A stretch of 64,000 bases of DNA from Clostridia bacterium (lineage in GTDB: Bacteria; Bacillota; Clostridia; Oscillospirales; CAG-382). The notes under the pieces were generated by a model. It worked only from the letters and a program-made list of their open reading frames with translations, was not told where the DNA came from and did no database searches. A program made the position numbers and the translations under genes. This document shows, piece by piece, positions 9,629 through 20,110 of the stretch. Numbering within the stretch: the stretch's first letter is position 1; every line of letters begins with the position of its first letter. The stretch lies in the NCBI GenBank assembly GCA_017434845.1, contig JAFSGD010000020.1, positions 14,960 to 78,959 of the forward strand. Reading direction: 5' to 3'.

Positions 9629-10739
9629 ATTTCAAGCTCCCATCGGCAGAAAAAACAGCCTTGGTTCTGTATTTTATCGCTTTTGGCTCTTCAAGGAACG
9701 CCATACAGCATTTACCTTCGTTTGCAAACTCTTTTTGTTTAAGAAGAACGTCGAAAGCGTTGCAATCCGCCGAATAAAGCATAAGGATATCGCAATCGTA
9801 TTCATCGTCAAGCCTTGTATACTGACGAAGCAGATCGATATATACAGCGAATCCGGCAGCCGAGGTATCACAACCGAAGCGTTGAACGAGATTGTCGTAT
9901 CTGCCGCCCGAAAGCACGCTTTTGGGAACACCGCTTAAAAAGCCCTGAAAAACAAGACCGTTATAATAATTAACGTCATTCAAAACCGAAAAATCGAGAA
10001 TAAACTTATCTTCCAAGCCAAATCCCGAAACGATATCGGATAATTCAACAAGCTCGTTATAGAACTCTTCCGAAACACTATCGCAAACAAGCTCTTTTGT
10101 ATCGGCAATAGCCTTGCAAAGCGAACCGCAAACGCTTATAAGACAGCAAAGTCTTTCGGTGTCAGATTCGGCAAGCGAGCACTCGGAAGCAAGCGCACGC
10201 AAGCCATGACTGTTTTTCTCGGAAATAAGCGCAATAGCTTTATTTTTTGCCTTTTGCGGTATGCCGCAGTTATCAATAATAACCGAAACAAAGCCCATGT
10301 GCGATAAAGCGATTTTATAATCGCTGTCAATATTTTCAAGGCTTTCTGCCGCCAAGAGCAAAATCTCGCCAAGCGCGCGTGTATCCAACTTGCCGATATA
10401 TTCAAGCCCGATCTGTTTAGCCTCTTTTATCTCGCCGGCTTCGCTGTCGGCAAGATAAATATTTTCGCTGTAATAAACCTTTTGCGGCAAAGCCTCTTCC
10501 CTAACGTTTTTAACGATAGACAAGGTAATATCGGGTTTTAACGCAAGCAATCTGCCCGCGGGATCGGTAACGGTTATTATATTTGCATTGCGCAAAAACG
10601 CTTTATTCTCCAAATACAGATCATATTCTTCAAACTTGCTCATTTTAAAGCGCTTATATCCATAGGATTCATAAAGACGCCTGAGTATCGGAATAAGATC
10701 TTCGTCTCTTTTTAATGAAGTGTTTACAGGACTCATCAT
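9621..10739 (-). CDS. hisZ: ATP phosphoribosyltransferase regulatory subunit
   Basis: 372 aa, class II aaRS (HisRS)-like but without tRNA-synthetase context. It is the first gene of the his operon and overlaps hisG. Confidence 0.85.
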   Translation of the reverse strand: MMSPVNTSLKRDEDLIPILRRLYESYGYKRFKMSKFEEYDLYLENKAFLRNANIITVTDPAGRLLALKPDITLSIVKNVREEALPQKVYYSENIYLADSEAGEIKEAKQIGLEYIGKLDTRALGEILLLAAESLENIDSDYKIALSHMGFVSVIIDNCGIPQKAKNKAIALISEKNSHGLRALASECSLAESDTERLCCLISVCGSLCKAIADTKELVCDSVSEEFYNELVELSDIVSGFGLEDKFILDFSVLNDVNYYNGLVFQGFLSGVPKSVLSGGRYDNLVQRFGCDTSAAGFAVYIDLLRQYTRLDDEYDCDILMLYSADCNAFDVLLKQKEFANEGKCCMAFLEEPKAIKYRTKAVFSADGSLKYE

Positions 10740-10774
10740 TCACCTTTATAAAAGCAAAATAATACAATACAGTT

Positions 10775-10803
10775 ATAATATCACAAGCATACGCTTTAGT
10801 CAA
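10775..10803 (-). promoter_or_regulatory. sigma-70 type promoter of the his operon
   Basis: On the - strand: TTGACT (10803-10798), 17-nt spacer, TATTAT (10780-10775). The leader to the hisZ ATG is only about 35 nt. Confidence 0.55.
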
Positions 10804-10946
10804 GTAAATTACTAAAGTTTTTTGATTTTTTTCGCATTTCTACATTATAAATAAATATACTGTAAAAAGCAAGTATATCGCATAACATTTTGCACTATTT
10901 ACGGTTACAAAAAGAACCCCTCTGTGTATTTTTAAATTTTTAAACA

Positions 10947-10975
10947 TTGACATCTTTGAAAATAAGCGGTATTAT
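10947..10975 (+). promoter_or_regulatory. sigma-70 type promoter of the 11006-12130 gene
   Basis: TTGACA (10947-10952), 17-nt spacer, TATTAT (10970-10975). Confidence 0.55.
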
Positions 10976-11005
10976 AAAAGAACTAACGAATTTGGAGTGT
11001 TACAA

Positions 11006-12130
11006 ATGAACGACCGCGAAATCGCAACCATACGCCGCAGAATGCGTCCCGAAAAGAACAACGTCGGCCGCATCAGAGGATGTTATGTTAATGATAATCA
11101 TACCATTATTTCGGAATTCGACCAAATGCTCGGAATGATATCCGACAACGAAGCCGAAGAGATACTTTCACTGCTTCGCCGCACTCTTTCGGGCACAATC
11201 GGAAGAAACTTGATAGATATTTCTTTTTCAAATCAACAGGTTCTCGACAGCGATGAACATCGTTTGCTTTCTTCTTTAAGAAACTCAAGCCTTTCCGACA
11301 GCGATGCGGTTAAAGCGTTTTTCGAAAAAACAATCGCATCTCTTGAGCTTGAGGGCAGTTATTTTATACTTATTGCTAACGACAAATATGATATTTTTAC
11401 TTATAACGAAGATGGCGAGAAGAACGATTCCTCCGAAATGTTTTCATATATTCTTTGCGCCGTATGTCCCATTAAGGCGGCTAAGCCTTCTTTAGGATAT
11501 AATCTAAGCGAGAATAAGTTCAAAAATATCATCAGAGATTCGATGATATCTGCACCCGAGATCGGGTTTATGTTCCCTGCATTTGATTCAAACAGCGCAA
11601 ATATCTATAATGCTCTTTTCTACACAAGAGATGTCTCGTTATCTCACGAATCGTTCACAAAGGCGATCTTTAACACCGAAATGCCCTTGCCCGCAACCGA
11701 ACAAACCGAAAGCATTGCCGGAATTCTCAACTCTACCGTTGCGGAAGGTTGCAGTCTTGAGTTGGTTCAGGCTGTTCAAGGACAACTGCTTGAGCTCGCC
11801 GCTGACCACAAAGCGAACAAAGAGGAAGAGCCTCTTATGCTTTCTTCTAAGGACATGGGCTCGCTGTTACGTTTCGGCGGCGTGAACGAAGAAACCGTCA
11901 GCGCATTTTCGGAAAAGATCGAAGAAGATCTCGGAGTTGCCGCTATCCCGCCCGCAAATATTATTGATATTAAGAAGTTTGAGGTTAAAACCCCCGAGGT
12001 TACCGTTAAGGTTTCGCCCGAGCACAGCGATCTTATAGAAACAAGGGTCATCGACGGCACGAAATATCTTTTAATTCGCGCAGACGGCGACGTCGAGGTT
12101 AACGGTATAAGGATAAATATCAACGAATAA
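11006..12130 (+). CDS. conserved hypothetical protein, DUF4317-like (family name from memory)
   Basis: ORF 10997-12130 trimmed to ATG 11006, with GGAG at 10993-10996. The N-terminus ...RRRMRPEKNNVGRIRGCYVN... resembles clostridial DUF4317 proteins. Confidence 0.55.
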   Translation: MNDREIATIRRRMRPEKNNVGRIRGCYVNDNHTIISEFDQMLGMISDNEAEEILSLLRRTLSGTIGRNLIDISFSNQQVLDSDEHRLLSSLRNSSLSDSDAVKAFFEKTIASLELEGSYFILIANDKYDIFTYNEDGEKNDSSEMFSYILCAVCPIKAAKPSLGYNLSENKFKNIIRDSMISAPEIGFMFPAFDSNSANIYNALFYTRDVSLSHESFTKAIFNTEMPLPATEQTESIAGILNSTVAEGCSLELVQAVQGQLLELAADHKANKEEEPLMLSSKDMGSLLRFGGVNEETVSAFSEKIEEDLGVAAIPPANIIDIKKFEVKTPEVTVKVSPEHSDLIETRVIDGTKYLLIRADGDVEVNGIRININE

Positions 12131-12142
12131 CGGTGATACATA

Positions 12143-12904
12143 ATGTTAAAAAGCCTTGTTTTAGGCAACTATCTTTTTGCGCCGAACGGCAGATTCGAGC
12201 CATGCGGAATGTTTACCGCACCGCATATAATCGCGGTTTTCATTTGTTTTCTAATCATTATTACTTCAATAATTATTCTGAAACGAAAAGCAAACGAAAA
12301 ACTCCTTAAGCTGCTTTGTAAAATATCAGCGCCGTTGCTTACGGTTTTAGAGCTAATGAAAATGACGCACAGCTTTATCAACGGAGATTTGAACCTCGAT
12401 GCATGGTTTCCGCTTTCGTTTTGTGGTTTATTTATCGTTGCGGTTTGGCTTTCGGGATATTCACATTCGCGTTTAAAGAATTTCGGTGACGTGTTTATCG
12501 CTTACGGTTGCCCCGTTGGCGGAATTACTTTTATGATTTTGCCTACAACTTCGCTGATGAGCTACCCTATTTGGCATTATTTTTCTTTATACAGTCTTCT
12601 TTTTCATTCATTAATGATCCTGCTGGGCGTTTTATTTCTAATATACGAAGAAAGGCTTACGAGAAAGCGTTATTTGACCTATATCGAGTTCATTGTGTTT
12701 TTTTCAGTTATTTCAATAACTATGAACGCCATTTGGGGATGCAATATCATGAACCTGCGCGAACCTTATAATATTCCCATTGCTTTCATGCAAAATATGT
12801 TTTCTGCATTCCCTCCACTGTATACCGCATTTGTTCTGACCGGCTATCTGCTCATTCCTGCTGTTATCGGCGGATTATGCGGAAAAATAAGAAAAACAGC
12901 TTAA
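12143..12904 (+). CDS. integral membrane protein (YwaF/TIGR02206-like, tentative)
   Basis: 253 aa with about 7 hydrophobic segments. The family assignment is from memory only. Confidence 0.5.
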   Translation: MLKSLVLGNYLFAPNGRFEPCGMFTAPHIIAVFICFLIIITSIIILKRKANEKLLKLLCKISAPLLTVLELMKMTHSFINGDLNLDAWFPLSFCGLFIVAVWLSGYSHSRLKNFGDVFIAYGCPVGGITFMILPTTSLMSYPIWHYFSLYSLLFHSLMILLGVLFLIYEERLTRKRYLTYIEFIVFFSVISITMNAIWGCNIMNLREPYNIPIAFMQNMFSAFPPLYTAFVLTGYLLIPAVIGGLCGKIRKTA

Positions 12905-12910
12905 AAACAA

Positions 12911-12941
12911 AAACTGCCATGTTTTGCATGGCAGTTTTTTT
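12911..12941. terminator. bidirectional intrinsic terminator
   Basis: CTGCCATG (12914-12921) pairs with CATGGCAG (12927-12934). The stem has an A-run before it and T7 after it. Confidence 0.7.
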
Positions 12942-12948
12942 GACTTTT

Positions 12949-13839
12949 TCAGCCCCAAAGATTTTCGGGGTATTCGCCGTTGTCGATCTTTTCTTTAAGG
13001 AATCTTTCAAATTCGGGTTTATCGTCCTTATAGGTTACACCCATCCATTTTGCAGAGGTATGTATAACTTTACATTTAAACTCGCCTGAAGTTATTCCTT
13101 CGTCAACAACGTTGGGAATATAATATTCTTCGTTGATAAGATCGGTTGAAGGATTGCGCAAAAATGCCGAAAAGCCTTTTTCGGTATGCGCGAATATATC
13201 GGGTGTAAAGCCCCAGAAATTCATTGAAACCGGCGCTTTAGCATCCAATGCCGACCATTCACCGTCAATTTCGCATTTAACAATACCGTCAACACGCATT
13301 ATCTTTTTTATCTCGCGGATATGGTTTATGTGGTCATCCTCGGTAACGCAAACTCCGCGCGCCACACTGCCGTTTTCAGATAGCGTGTTCTCGAGAACAT
13401 ATCCGGGCATAACAAAGTTTTTAGAATCAACCGATCCCAAGGCATCGTGCATATTTTTAAATGTTTCATAGCCATAAAAATCATCGGCGTTAAAGATTAT
13501 GAACTTTTCATCAACGATGTTACGGCAGGAGCGCATTGCGTGGGCAGTGCCCCAAGGCTTCGTTCTCTCGTTCGGCAGAGAAAAGCCGTTCGGAAGATCG
13601 TAAGCGTTTTGGAACGCATATTCGACATGCACCGCATTTTTAACACGGTTGCCAATGGTTTCTTCAAAAATTTCAAGGTTTTCTTCTTTTATGATAAATA
13701 CGATCTTATCAAAACCGGAACGGATACAATCAAATACAGAGTAGTCGATAATGAACTCACCGTTGGGGCCTACGGGATCAAGCTGTTTAAGCCCGCCGTA
13801 ACGGCTACCCAAGCCCGCAGCGAGAATTATGGCTGTCAT
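12949..13839 (-). CDS. sugar-phosphate nucleotidyltransferase family protein
   Basis: 296 aa with an N-terminal ILAAGLGSRYGG.K NTP-transferase signature. Confidence 0.75.
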   Translation of the reverse strand: MTAIILAAGLGSRYGGLKQLDPVGPNGEFIIDYSVFDCIRSGFDKIVFIIKEENLEIFEETIGNRVKNAVHVEYAFQNAYDLPNGFSLPNERTKPWGTAHAMRSCRNIVDEKFIIFNADDFYGYETFKNMHDALGSVDSKNFVMPGYVLENTLSENGSVARGVCVTEDDHINHIREIKKIMRVDGIVKCEIDGEWSALDAKAPVSMNFWGFTPDIFAHTEKGFSAFLRNPSTDLINEEYYIPNVVDEGITSGEFKCKVIHTSAKWMGVTYKDDKPEFERFLKEKIDNGEYPENLWG

Positions 13840-13858
13840 ATTTTCTCCTTATACGGCT

Positions 13859-15088
13859 TTAGCCGATCATTTCTTTTGTAATAACAAGCTTCTTGATGCT
13901 TTCGTAGGAAGGAACTTCATACATAAACTTTGTCATAATTCCTTCTGTAATGGCACGAAGACCTCTTGCGCCGCTTTGAAGCTTATGTGCCTTTTCGGCA
14001 ATAGCCTCAATGGCTTCATCATCAAAGCTTAACTCAACGCCGTCATACGCAAACAGCTTTTGATATTGCTTAATCAACGCATTTTTAGGTTCTTTAAGAA
14101 TGCGAACCAACGCATCCTTATCAAGCGGTTCAAGCGTTGCGATAACGGGAATACGGCCAACAAGCTCGGGAATTAAGCCGTATTTAACGATATCCTGCTG
14201 TGTAACCTTCTTGAAATCCTCGCCTTTTTTACGTTCATCTGCAGAAAGCTTGGGGGAATTATAACCAACCGATTGTCTACCCAATCGGTTGCCGACAATT
14301 TCGCGCAAGCCGTCAAATGCACCGCCGCATATAAAAAGGATATTGGATGTATCGATCTGGATAAATTCCTGATTCGGATGCTTTCTTCCGCCTTGAGGAG
14401 GAACGTTCGAAATAGTTCCTTCGACGATCTTCAAAAGAGCCTGCTGAACGCCCTCGCCCGAAACGTCGCGGGTTATCGAGCGGTTTTCGCTCTTGCGCGA
14501 AATCTTATCAATCTCATCGATATAAATAATTCCGCGCTCGGCTTTTTTTACGTCGAAATCAGCCGCTTGAATAAGGCGAAGCAGAATATTCTCTACGTCC
14601 TCGCCGACATAGCCCGCTTCTGTAAGGGTTGTGGCATCGGCAATGGCAAACGGAACGTCAAGCATTCTTGCAAGCGTTTGCGCAAGAAGGGTTTTTCCTA
14701 CACCGGTAGGACCGAGGAGAAGAACGTTGCATTTGCTCAGCTCTACCTCATCGGGATCGCCCTTTCCCTTTTCAACCAAAGAGTTAATGCGCTTGTAATG
14801 GTTATAAATAGCAACCGAAAGCGTAACCTTTGCGTCATCCTGACCGATAACGTATTTGTCAAGCTCTGCCTTTATCTCGGCAGGCTTGGGAAGCGCGATT
14901 ATATTTGTATCGGGCTCTGCAACAGCCGCCTCTTCTATCATGATATGGTCATCATAAACGTCGGAGATCTCACAGCAAAGATTAATGCAATCATCGCAAA
15001 AATCAATATGGTTACCCTGAATGGTCAAGGTTGTAAGATTCGAAGAGGGTCTGCCGCAGAAGCCACAGATCTTAACTTTATCTGCCAT
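13859..15088 (-). CDS. clpX: ATP-dependent Clp protease ATP-binding subunit ClpX
   Basis: 409 aa with an N-terminal C4 zinc finger (CGFCG...CDDC), Walker A GPTGVGKT, and [10 protein letters not shown]. Confidence 0.97.
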   Translation of the reverse strand: MADKVKICGFCGRPSSNLTTLTIQGNHIDFCDDCINLCCEISDVYDDHIMIEEAAVAEPDTNIIALPKPAEIKAELDKYVIGQDDAKVTLSVAIYNHYKRINSLVEKGKGDPDEVELSKCNVLLLGPTGVGKTLLAQTLARMLDVPFAIADATTLTEAGYVGEDVENILLRLIQAADFDVKKAERGIIYIDEIDKISRKSENRSITRDVSGEGVQQALLKIVEGTISNVPPQGGRKHPNQEFIQIDTSNILFICGGAFDGLREIVGNRLGRQSVGYNSPKLSADERKKGEDFKKVTQQDIVKYGLIPELVGRIPVIATLEPLDKDALVRILKEPKNALIKQYQKLFAYDGVELSFDDEAIEAIAEKAHKLQSGARGLRAITEGIMTKFMYEVPSYESIKKLVITKEMIG

Positions 15089-15096
15089 AAGGTAAA

Positions 15097-15693
15097 TTAA
15101 TCTCTTTTCTCAAGCACTTTGTCGATCAGGCCGTATTCCATGGCGGCAACAGCATTCATATAGTTGTTGCGGTCGGTATCCTTCTCGATCTCGGAAATGT
15201 CCTTGCCGGTAACGCTCGCCAAAAGCTCGTTAAGCATTGTGCGAATACGCTCCATTTCGGCGGCTTCGATCTCAAGATTTGTTGTCTGATCCTGAAAATG
15301 CCCGTTTATAAGGGGTTGATGTATCATGATCTTGGAGTGCGGAAGCGCAATTCTTCTGCCCTTTTCGCCGCAAGCGAGAAGAACGGCAGCCATGCTCGCG
15401 CACATGCCGATGCAGATAGTAGAAACCGGACACTTGATGTAGTTCATAGTATCGTATATCGCCATACCGGCGCTTATGGAGCCGCCGGGAGAATTGATAT
15501 AAAGCGATATTTCTTTTTCGGGATCTACACTTTCAAGATAAAGGAGCTGTGCGACCACAAGCGATGCAACGGTATCGTTGATAGGCTCGCCTATGAAAAC
15601 GATTCTGTCGTTGAGCAAGCGCGAAAAAATATCATAGGAACGCTCGCCGCGCGCGGTCTGCTCCAATACCATCGGAACCAAGGACATAGTCAA
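15097..15693 (-). CDS. clpP: ATP-dependent Clp protease proteolytic subunit
   Basis: 198 aa with [11 protein letters not shown] and the active-site region G.CASMAA. Confidence 0.97.
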   Translation of the reverse strand: MTMSLVPMVLEQTARGERSYDIFSRLLNDRIVFIGEPINDTVASLVVAQLLYLESVDPEKEISLYINSPGGSISAGMAIYDTMNYIKCPVSTICIGMCASMAAVLLACGEKGRRIALPHSKIMIHQPLINGHFQDQTTNLEIEAAEMERIRTMLNELLASVTGKDISEIEKDTDRNNYMNAVAAMEYGLIDKVLEKRD

Positions 15694-15708
15694 TCTACCT
15701 TTCGGAAA

Positions 15709-16992
15709 TTATTTCTGGTTGATAACAGCGTTTTCCTTAACGAGATCAACTGCTTTGCGAAGCACGATATCTTCGGAAATGCTGTCTTCGGGAATGCTGG
15801 ACTTAACGGTTTCGATATCAACATTATAGCCCGAAGCGATCTTCTTGTATTCAGCCTCAATATCTTTTTTGAGCGCCTTGATCTTTTCGGTCTTAACGAT
15901 CTTTGCAAGTGCAAGTCTGGTCTTAACCTGCTTTTCGGCATCTGCCTTGAAGTTTTCGCGAAGCTGTTCCATGGTCATGCCGGTATATTTGAAATACATA
16001 TCCAAGGAACCGCCCTGAGAAGAAAGACGGTATTCATAATCACGGATATAGCTGTCGATTTCCTGCTCGATCATGCAAGCGGGAATATCAACCTCGGTGT
16101 TTGCCAAAAGTGCATCAACGAGAGCCTGCTCAACCTTGCCATCAGCGGTCTTTTCGCGGCGCTCGGTGATCTTAGCCTTAACGTCTGCCTTATATTCATC
16201 AACGGTGTTGAATTCGGAAACGTCCTTAACAAACTCATCATCAAGCTCGGGAAGCTCTTTAACCTTGATTTCATGAAGCTTGATCTTGAAGATAACTTCT
16301 TTGCCCGCGAGGTTTTCTGCGCCGTAATCTTCGGGGAAGGTTACGTTGATATCAAATTCGTCGCCGACGTTCTTGCCGACGATCTGCTCCTCAAAGCCGG
16401 GGATAAAGCTGCCGCTGCCGAGCTAAAGAGGATATTTATCGCCCTTGCCGCCATCGAAAGCAACGCCATCAAGGAAGCCCTCGAAATCGATAACAGCTTC
16501 GTCGCCGTTTTCAGCGGGACGGTTATCAACGGTGAGCATTCTGGAGTTACGCTCACGGGTATTGTCGATTTCCTTCATAACGTCTTCGTCGGTAACCTCG
16601 ATTACGTCTCTTTCGACCTCGAGGCCCTTGTAAGAGGAGATCTCAACGGAAGGCTTGGTCCAAACTGCAGCCTTAAGGGTAACTCCCTTATCGTCGATAG
16701 AAACAACCTCAAGCTCGGGACGGCTTACAACATCAAGTTTGGTGCCTGCGAGAGCAGCCTCGTATGCAGAAGGAAGGAGGTTATCGATTGCTTCATCATA
16801 GAAAACGGTGGTGCCGTAAAGCTTTTCGATAACGTGCTTGGGAGCCTTGCCCTTACGGAAACCGGGAACGTTCATTTTAGAAACGTTCTTGCGGTATACC
16901 TTGTTGATTTCTTCATCGAACGATGCCTTATCAATAAGGAATTCGAACTCATATTTGTTCTTTTCAATTTCTTTCGCTTTTACAGATGCCAT
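15709..16992 (-). pseudogene. tig: trigger factor interrupted by a single in-frame TAG (16423-16425)
   Basis: ORF 16423-17016 (trimmed to ATG 16992, GGAGG upstream) and frame 15709-16422 are the same reading frame. Joined they give 428 codons including the terminal TAA. The sequence across the stop is ...[25 protein letters not shown]..., which is typical trigger factor. The order is tig-clpP-clpX. Confidence 0.85.
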
Positions 16993-17031
16993 TTCTGTTC
17001 CTCCGAAAATAATCATATAATTCTATCTTAC

Positions 17032-17059
17032 ATTTTAATTAAATATTCCCAAATGTCAA
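17032..17059 (-). promoter_or_regulatory. sigma-70 type promoter for tig
   Basis: On the - strand: TTGACA (17059-17054), 16-nt spacer, TAAAAT (17037-17032). Confidence 0.5.
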
Positions 17060-17128
17060 CCTTTTTTTGGGAATTTGAGCTTTTTAAGAGCGTTTTGTAA
17101 CGAAATTTGAAATAAAAGGTCCAAACGG

Positions 17129-17157
17129 TTGATTTTTAGTGCAATATTGTATATAAT
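17129..17157 (+). promoter_or_regulatory. sigma-70 type promoter for the sortase gene
   Basis: TTGATT (17129-17134), 17-nt spacer, TATAAT (17152-17157). Confidence 0.55.
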
Positions 17158-17177
17158 ATAGCGCAAGGAGGGATCCG

Positions 17178-18149
17178 ATGAACAATACAACCCACAGCAA
17201 TTTCGAATCCTCGGTTGAGCGATTCTCGCATAACGACGTTCGAGGCGATATCGCAAGCGAAAAAAAAGCAATGCTTCCCGCATTGTTGATCCGTTCGGCG
17301 CTTATTGCGGTTTTGATCGGCTTGTTCTCTTATGCTTCATATATGTTGATCGCCAGCGCGCTTCAAACCGAAGAGGTTAATGAGCTATACGGCGAAATAC
17401 TTCCCGAAAACACCTTATCTGCAGTTAAGCATTCCGCTCCCCTGCCCGAGCCCACGTCTATGTATACTTTAGAGCAGATGATCAACTCCAACGGCGAATA
17501 TCTTAACTATATCGGCGGGAACGCTTCGGTTGAAGATTCACAGCGCCGAAGCGATTATTACCGCAACTATATGAAGTTTAAATCCAAATACGAAGATGCG
17601 TATGCTTGGATATACGTTGATTATACAAAGATCAACTACCCGATTTTGAAGCACTCCAGCGACACCAACTTTTATCTTTTCCATGATTTCAACGGCAAGG
17701 ATTTAAGCTCGGGCTGTATAACCGCCGAGTTTTCGATGTCGGACGATTGGGATGCAAATATCAACAACGTTATCTATGGCCATTGCATGAAAAACGGCTC
17801 GATGTTCCGAACTTTAAAAACCTTTATGGAAAGTGCGAACCGAAACACGCTGGTTAAAACAATGAACATAGAGATCTATACGGAAAAGGGTCTTTATATT
17901 TATAAGGTGCTTACCGGCTACCGTAATGCAACAACCGATTTTACACAAACGATTTTCGCGAACAGCGATGAATATCTCGCTTTCCTTAATAAGATCGTTG
18001 GCCGAAACACTCTTCGCATAAACCGTGAGTATAACGCAGAATCGCGTATTTGCACACTTATCACCTGTGCAAACGTCAATAATAACGATGACGAACGCTA
18101 TGTAGTTCACGGTATCCTGACATCGTTCATTCCCGCTTCTCAGCTTTAG
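17178..18149 (+). CDS. class B sortase-like transpeptidase
   Basis: 323 aa with an N-terminal TM segment, a ..YPILKHSSDTNFYLFHDF.. region, a GH catalytic His, and a TLITC catalytic Cys motif. Confidence 0.8.
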   Translation: MNNTTHSNFESSVERFSHNDVRGDIASEKKAMLPALLIRSALIAVLIGLFSYASYMLIASALQTEEVNELYGEILPENTLSAVKHSAPLPEPTSMYTLEQMINSNGEYLNYIGGNASVEDSQRRSDYYRNYMKFKSKYEDAYAWIYVDYTKINYPILKHSSDTNFYLFHDFNGKDLSSGCITAEFSMSDDWDANINNVIYGHCMKNGSMFRTLKTFMESANRNTLVKTMNIEIYTEKGLYIYKVLTGYRNATTDFTQTIFANSDEYLAFLNKIVGRNTLRINREYNAESRICTLITCANVNNNDDERYVVHGILTSFIPASQL

Positions 18150-18161
18150 TCATTCAATCAA

Positions 18162-18201
18162 CAAAGCTCCTGCAATCAATGCAAGAGCTTTGTTTTTTTT
18201 T
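18162..18201 (+). terminator. intrinsic terminator after the sortase gene
   Basis: A 13-bp stem with 1 mismatch, CAAAGCTCCTGCA / TGCAAGAGCTTTG, followed by T9. It overlaps the 3' end of the convergent gene. Confidence 0.65.
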
Positions 18202-18943
18202 GAACTTTTTCTTTTCTTCTTTTAACAAAACGCTTAATACACCAAACAATCAAAGCGCCGGCGAAAAATATCGCCAAAGCGATAGAAATCGCTCGACTTT
18301 TAATAGCCGAATACTCGGTAGGGCGTTCATACTCTTCTTGCTTTTGACCGAACCATATCAACTTTTCTTCGCCGTCAGGCAGCGTTTTGATTATTCTTTC
18401 CGTTCCTCCGGAAAACATAGTTCTGATAGTATATTTCTTTTTTAGTTCATACTTGCTTCCGTTTACACACTCGCTTTTTTGTTTGGAAAGCTTTTCAAAA
18501 TCTTCTTTGTTTCCGTCGATATCAGACACTCTTGAAACGTCAATAACATTTCCCTTATCATCAACAGAAATTATGTATCCCGTTTTCACAAACACAAAAT
18601 CAATATTTTCTCCCGACCATTGAACAAACATATCTCCCGGGCTGGTTAACAAATAACCACGCAGAAAACCACCGTTGTCGTCATATACGGCGATATACTT
18701 GCATTCGCCGCTTTCGAGAATGATAGCAACGTTTCCATTTTCATTCACGTTAAAGCTTTTTACTATTCCCGTATCATAATCACTGTTATATTCCTTAATA
18801 AAGCGAACATTCTTTTGACTCAGAACCGTCTTGGCGGTATTTTCATCGACCTTAGCGGTATCAAAACTATCACACGCCGCATTCACCGAAAGCATTGGCA
18901 GGCAGAATATTATTGCAATAACAAATACCAAACACTTTTTCAT
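18176..18943 (-). CDS. hypothetical secreted protein with a C-terminal membrane anchor
   Basis: 255 aa with a signal peptide (..PMLSVNAA), a C-terminal TM segment and a basic tail. I recognise no family. Confidence 0.5.
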   Translation of the reverse strand: MKKCLVFVIAIIFCLPMLSVNAACDSFDTAKVDENTAKTVLSQKNVRFIKEYNSDYDTGIVKSFNVNENGNVAIILESGECKYIAVYDDNGGFLRGYLLTSPGDMFVQWSGENIDFVFVKTGYIISVDDKGNVIDVSRVSDIDGNKEDFEKLSKQKSECVNGSKYELKKKYTIRTMFSGGTERIIKTLPDGEEKLIWFGQKQEEYERPTEYSAIKSRAISIALAIFFAGALIVWCIKRFVKRRKEKVQKKTKLLH

Positions 18944-18997
18944 ATTATTTCCTCATAATTCTAATCTTTGTAAATAGACGTTTCAATAATATTCAAC

Positions 18998-20110
18998 CTA
19001 CTGTTCGTATATTAACGTCAACAGCTCGAACGCCTTCTTTGAAAGCAGCGAGGCCGCATTTTTGATACAATAATCTTTATCGTATTTTTCGTCGCAAAGC
19101 GAAAATACCATTTCGGCACCGAGCGAAAACATGGTCTCAAAGCCTTGAGAAAGGCCGCCCGATATAATAAACGCTCTAACCCGCTTTTTCGTTGCTTCGT
19201 CGACCATAACGCCAACAAGCTTACCGAATGCTGTTTGCGCATCGGTGTTGCCTTCTCCCGTTATTAAAATATCCGAAGCGGAAAGCGCTTTTTGAAACTC
19301 TGCGGAATCAACCAAAAGCGAAGCTCCGCTAACGTATCTGCCGCCGAGAACCGAAAGCACAGCCGCACCAACACCGCCTGCCGCGCCCGAGCCCGAAAGC
19401 GCGGGATCTATGCCCATAACGCCGGCAAAGCTTCGCGCAGCTTCATCAAGAAATGCCACCTCTGTATCGGTTGCACCTTTCTGACGCGAAAACACCTCCG
19501 CCGCACCGTTTTTTCCGCACAGTGGATTTTTCACGTCGCACGCCGCAATAAATTCCACGTTCGACAAATCGGGCATCTCGCTTTTATCAACCGAGGCTAC
19601 AAGCGGAAGCGATTTAGCAACAGGGATTAAAGGATTGCCCTCTTTATCAAGAAACCGCATTCCCAAAGCGGCAAGCATACCTATGCCGCAATCATTCGTT
19701 GCCGAACCGCCAAGACCGATATAAACCTTGTTTGCACCGAGATCGATTGCCGCTTTTATCAATTCGCCGGTTCCGAACGTTGAAGAAACAAGAATATTAC
19801 GTTTATCTTCGGGAACACGCGAAAGACCCGAAGCCTCGGCAAGCTCAATGAACGCTGTATTTTTGTCCTCATCAAAAACAAAGTGCGCTGTTCCGAGGTT
19901 TCCCAAAGGGAACTTCACTTCCCTTTCAATAAGCTTTCCGCCGTAAATATTCCTCATAGAATCGCAAAACCCCTCACCGCCATCGGACGAGGGGAATTGC
20001 ATAACGTTAATTCTATTGGAATATTTGTTGATACCTTCGTTCAAAGCGCGGCACACCTCAACAGAAGTGAGACAGCCCTTAAACGAATCGGGCGCCAACA
20101 ATATATTCAT
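18998..20110 (-). CDS. glxK: glycerate kinase
   Basis: ORF trimmed to MNILLAPDSFKG (ATG 20110), which overlaps the upstream stop as TAATG. It shows glycerate kinase family motifs throughout. Confidence 0.9.
   Translation of the reverse strand: MNILLAPDSFKGCLTSVEVCRALNEGINKYSNRINVMQFPSSDGGEGFCDSMRNIYGGKLIEREVKFPLGNLGTAHFVFDEDKNTAFIELAEASGLSRVPEDKRNILVSSTFGTGELIKAAIDLGANKVYIGLGGSATNDCGIGMLAALGMRFLDKEGNPLIPVAKSLPLVASVDKSEMPDLSNVEFIAACDVKNPLCGKNGAAEVFSRQKGATDTEVAFLDEAARSFAGVMGIDPALSGSGAAGGVGAAVLSVLGGRYVSGASLLVDSAEFQKALSASDILITGEGNTDAQTAFGKLVGVMVDEATKKRVRAFIISGGLSQGFETMFSLGAEMVFSLCDEKYDKDYCIKNAASLLSKKAFELLTLIYEQ

Noticed and set aside
10740-10803. I looked for a T-box leader or histidine attenuator upstream of the his operon.
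   Set aside because: The predicted promoter (TTGACT-17-TATTAT) leaves only about a 35-nt leader before the hisZ ATG. That is too short for a T-box (more than 200 nt) or a His-codon leader peptide, and I saw no terminator/antiterminator pairings.
15298-17100. A 600-aa ORF on the + strand, the longest unassigned ORF in the track.
   Set aside because: It lies entirely antisense to clpP and tig, whose identities are unambiguous. Its translation is low-complexity (rich in Leu, Phe, Asn, Ile and Gly), has no recognisable motif, and has no RBS or promoter. I read it as a shadow ORF.
18176-18943. I considered whether the secreted protein convergent with the sortase gene is its substrate, given its C-terminal TM segment and basic tail.
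   Set aside because: There is no LPxTG or NPxTN-type sorting motif ahead of the TM segment; the region reads ...ERPTEYSAIKSRA...
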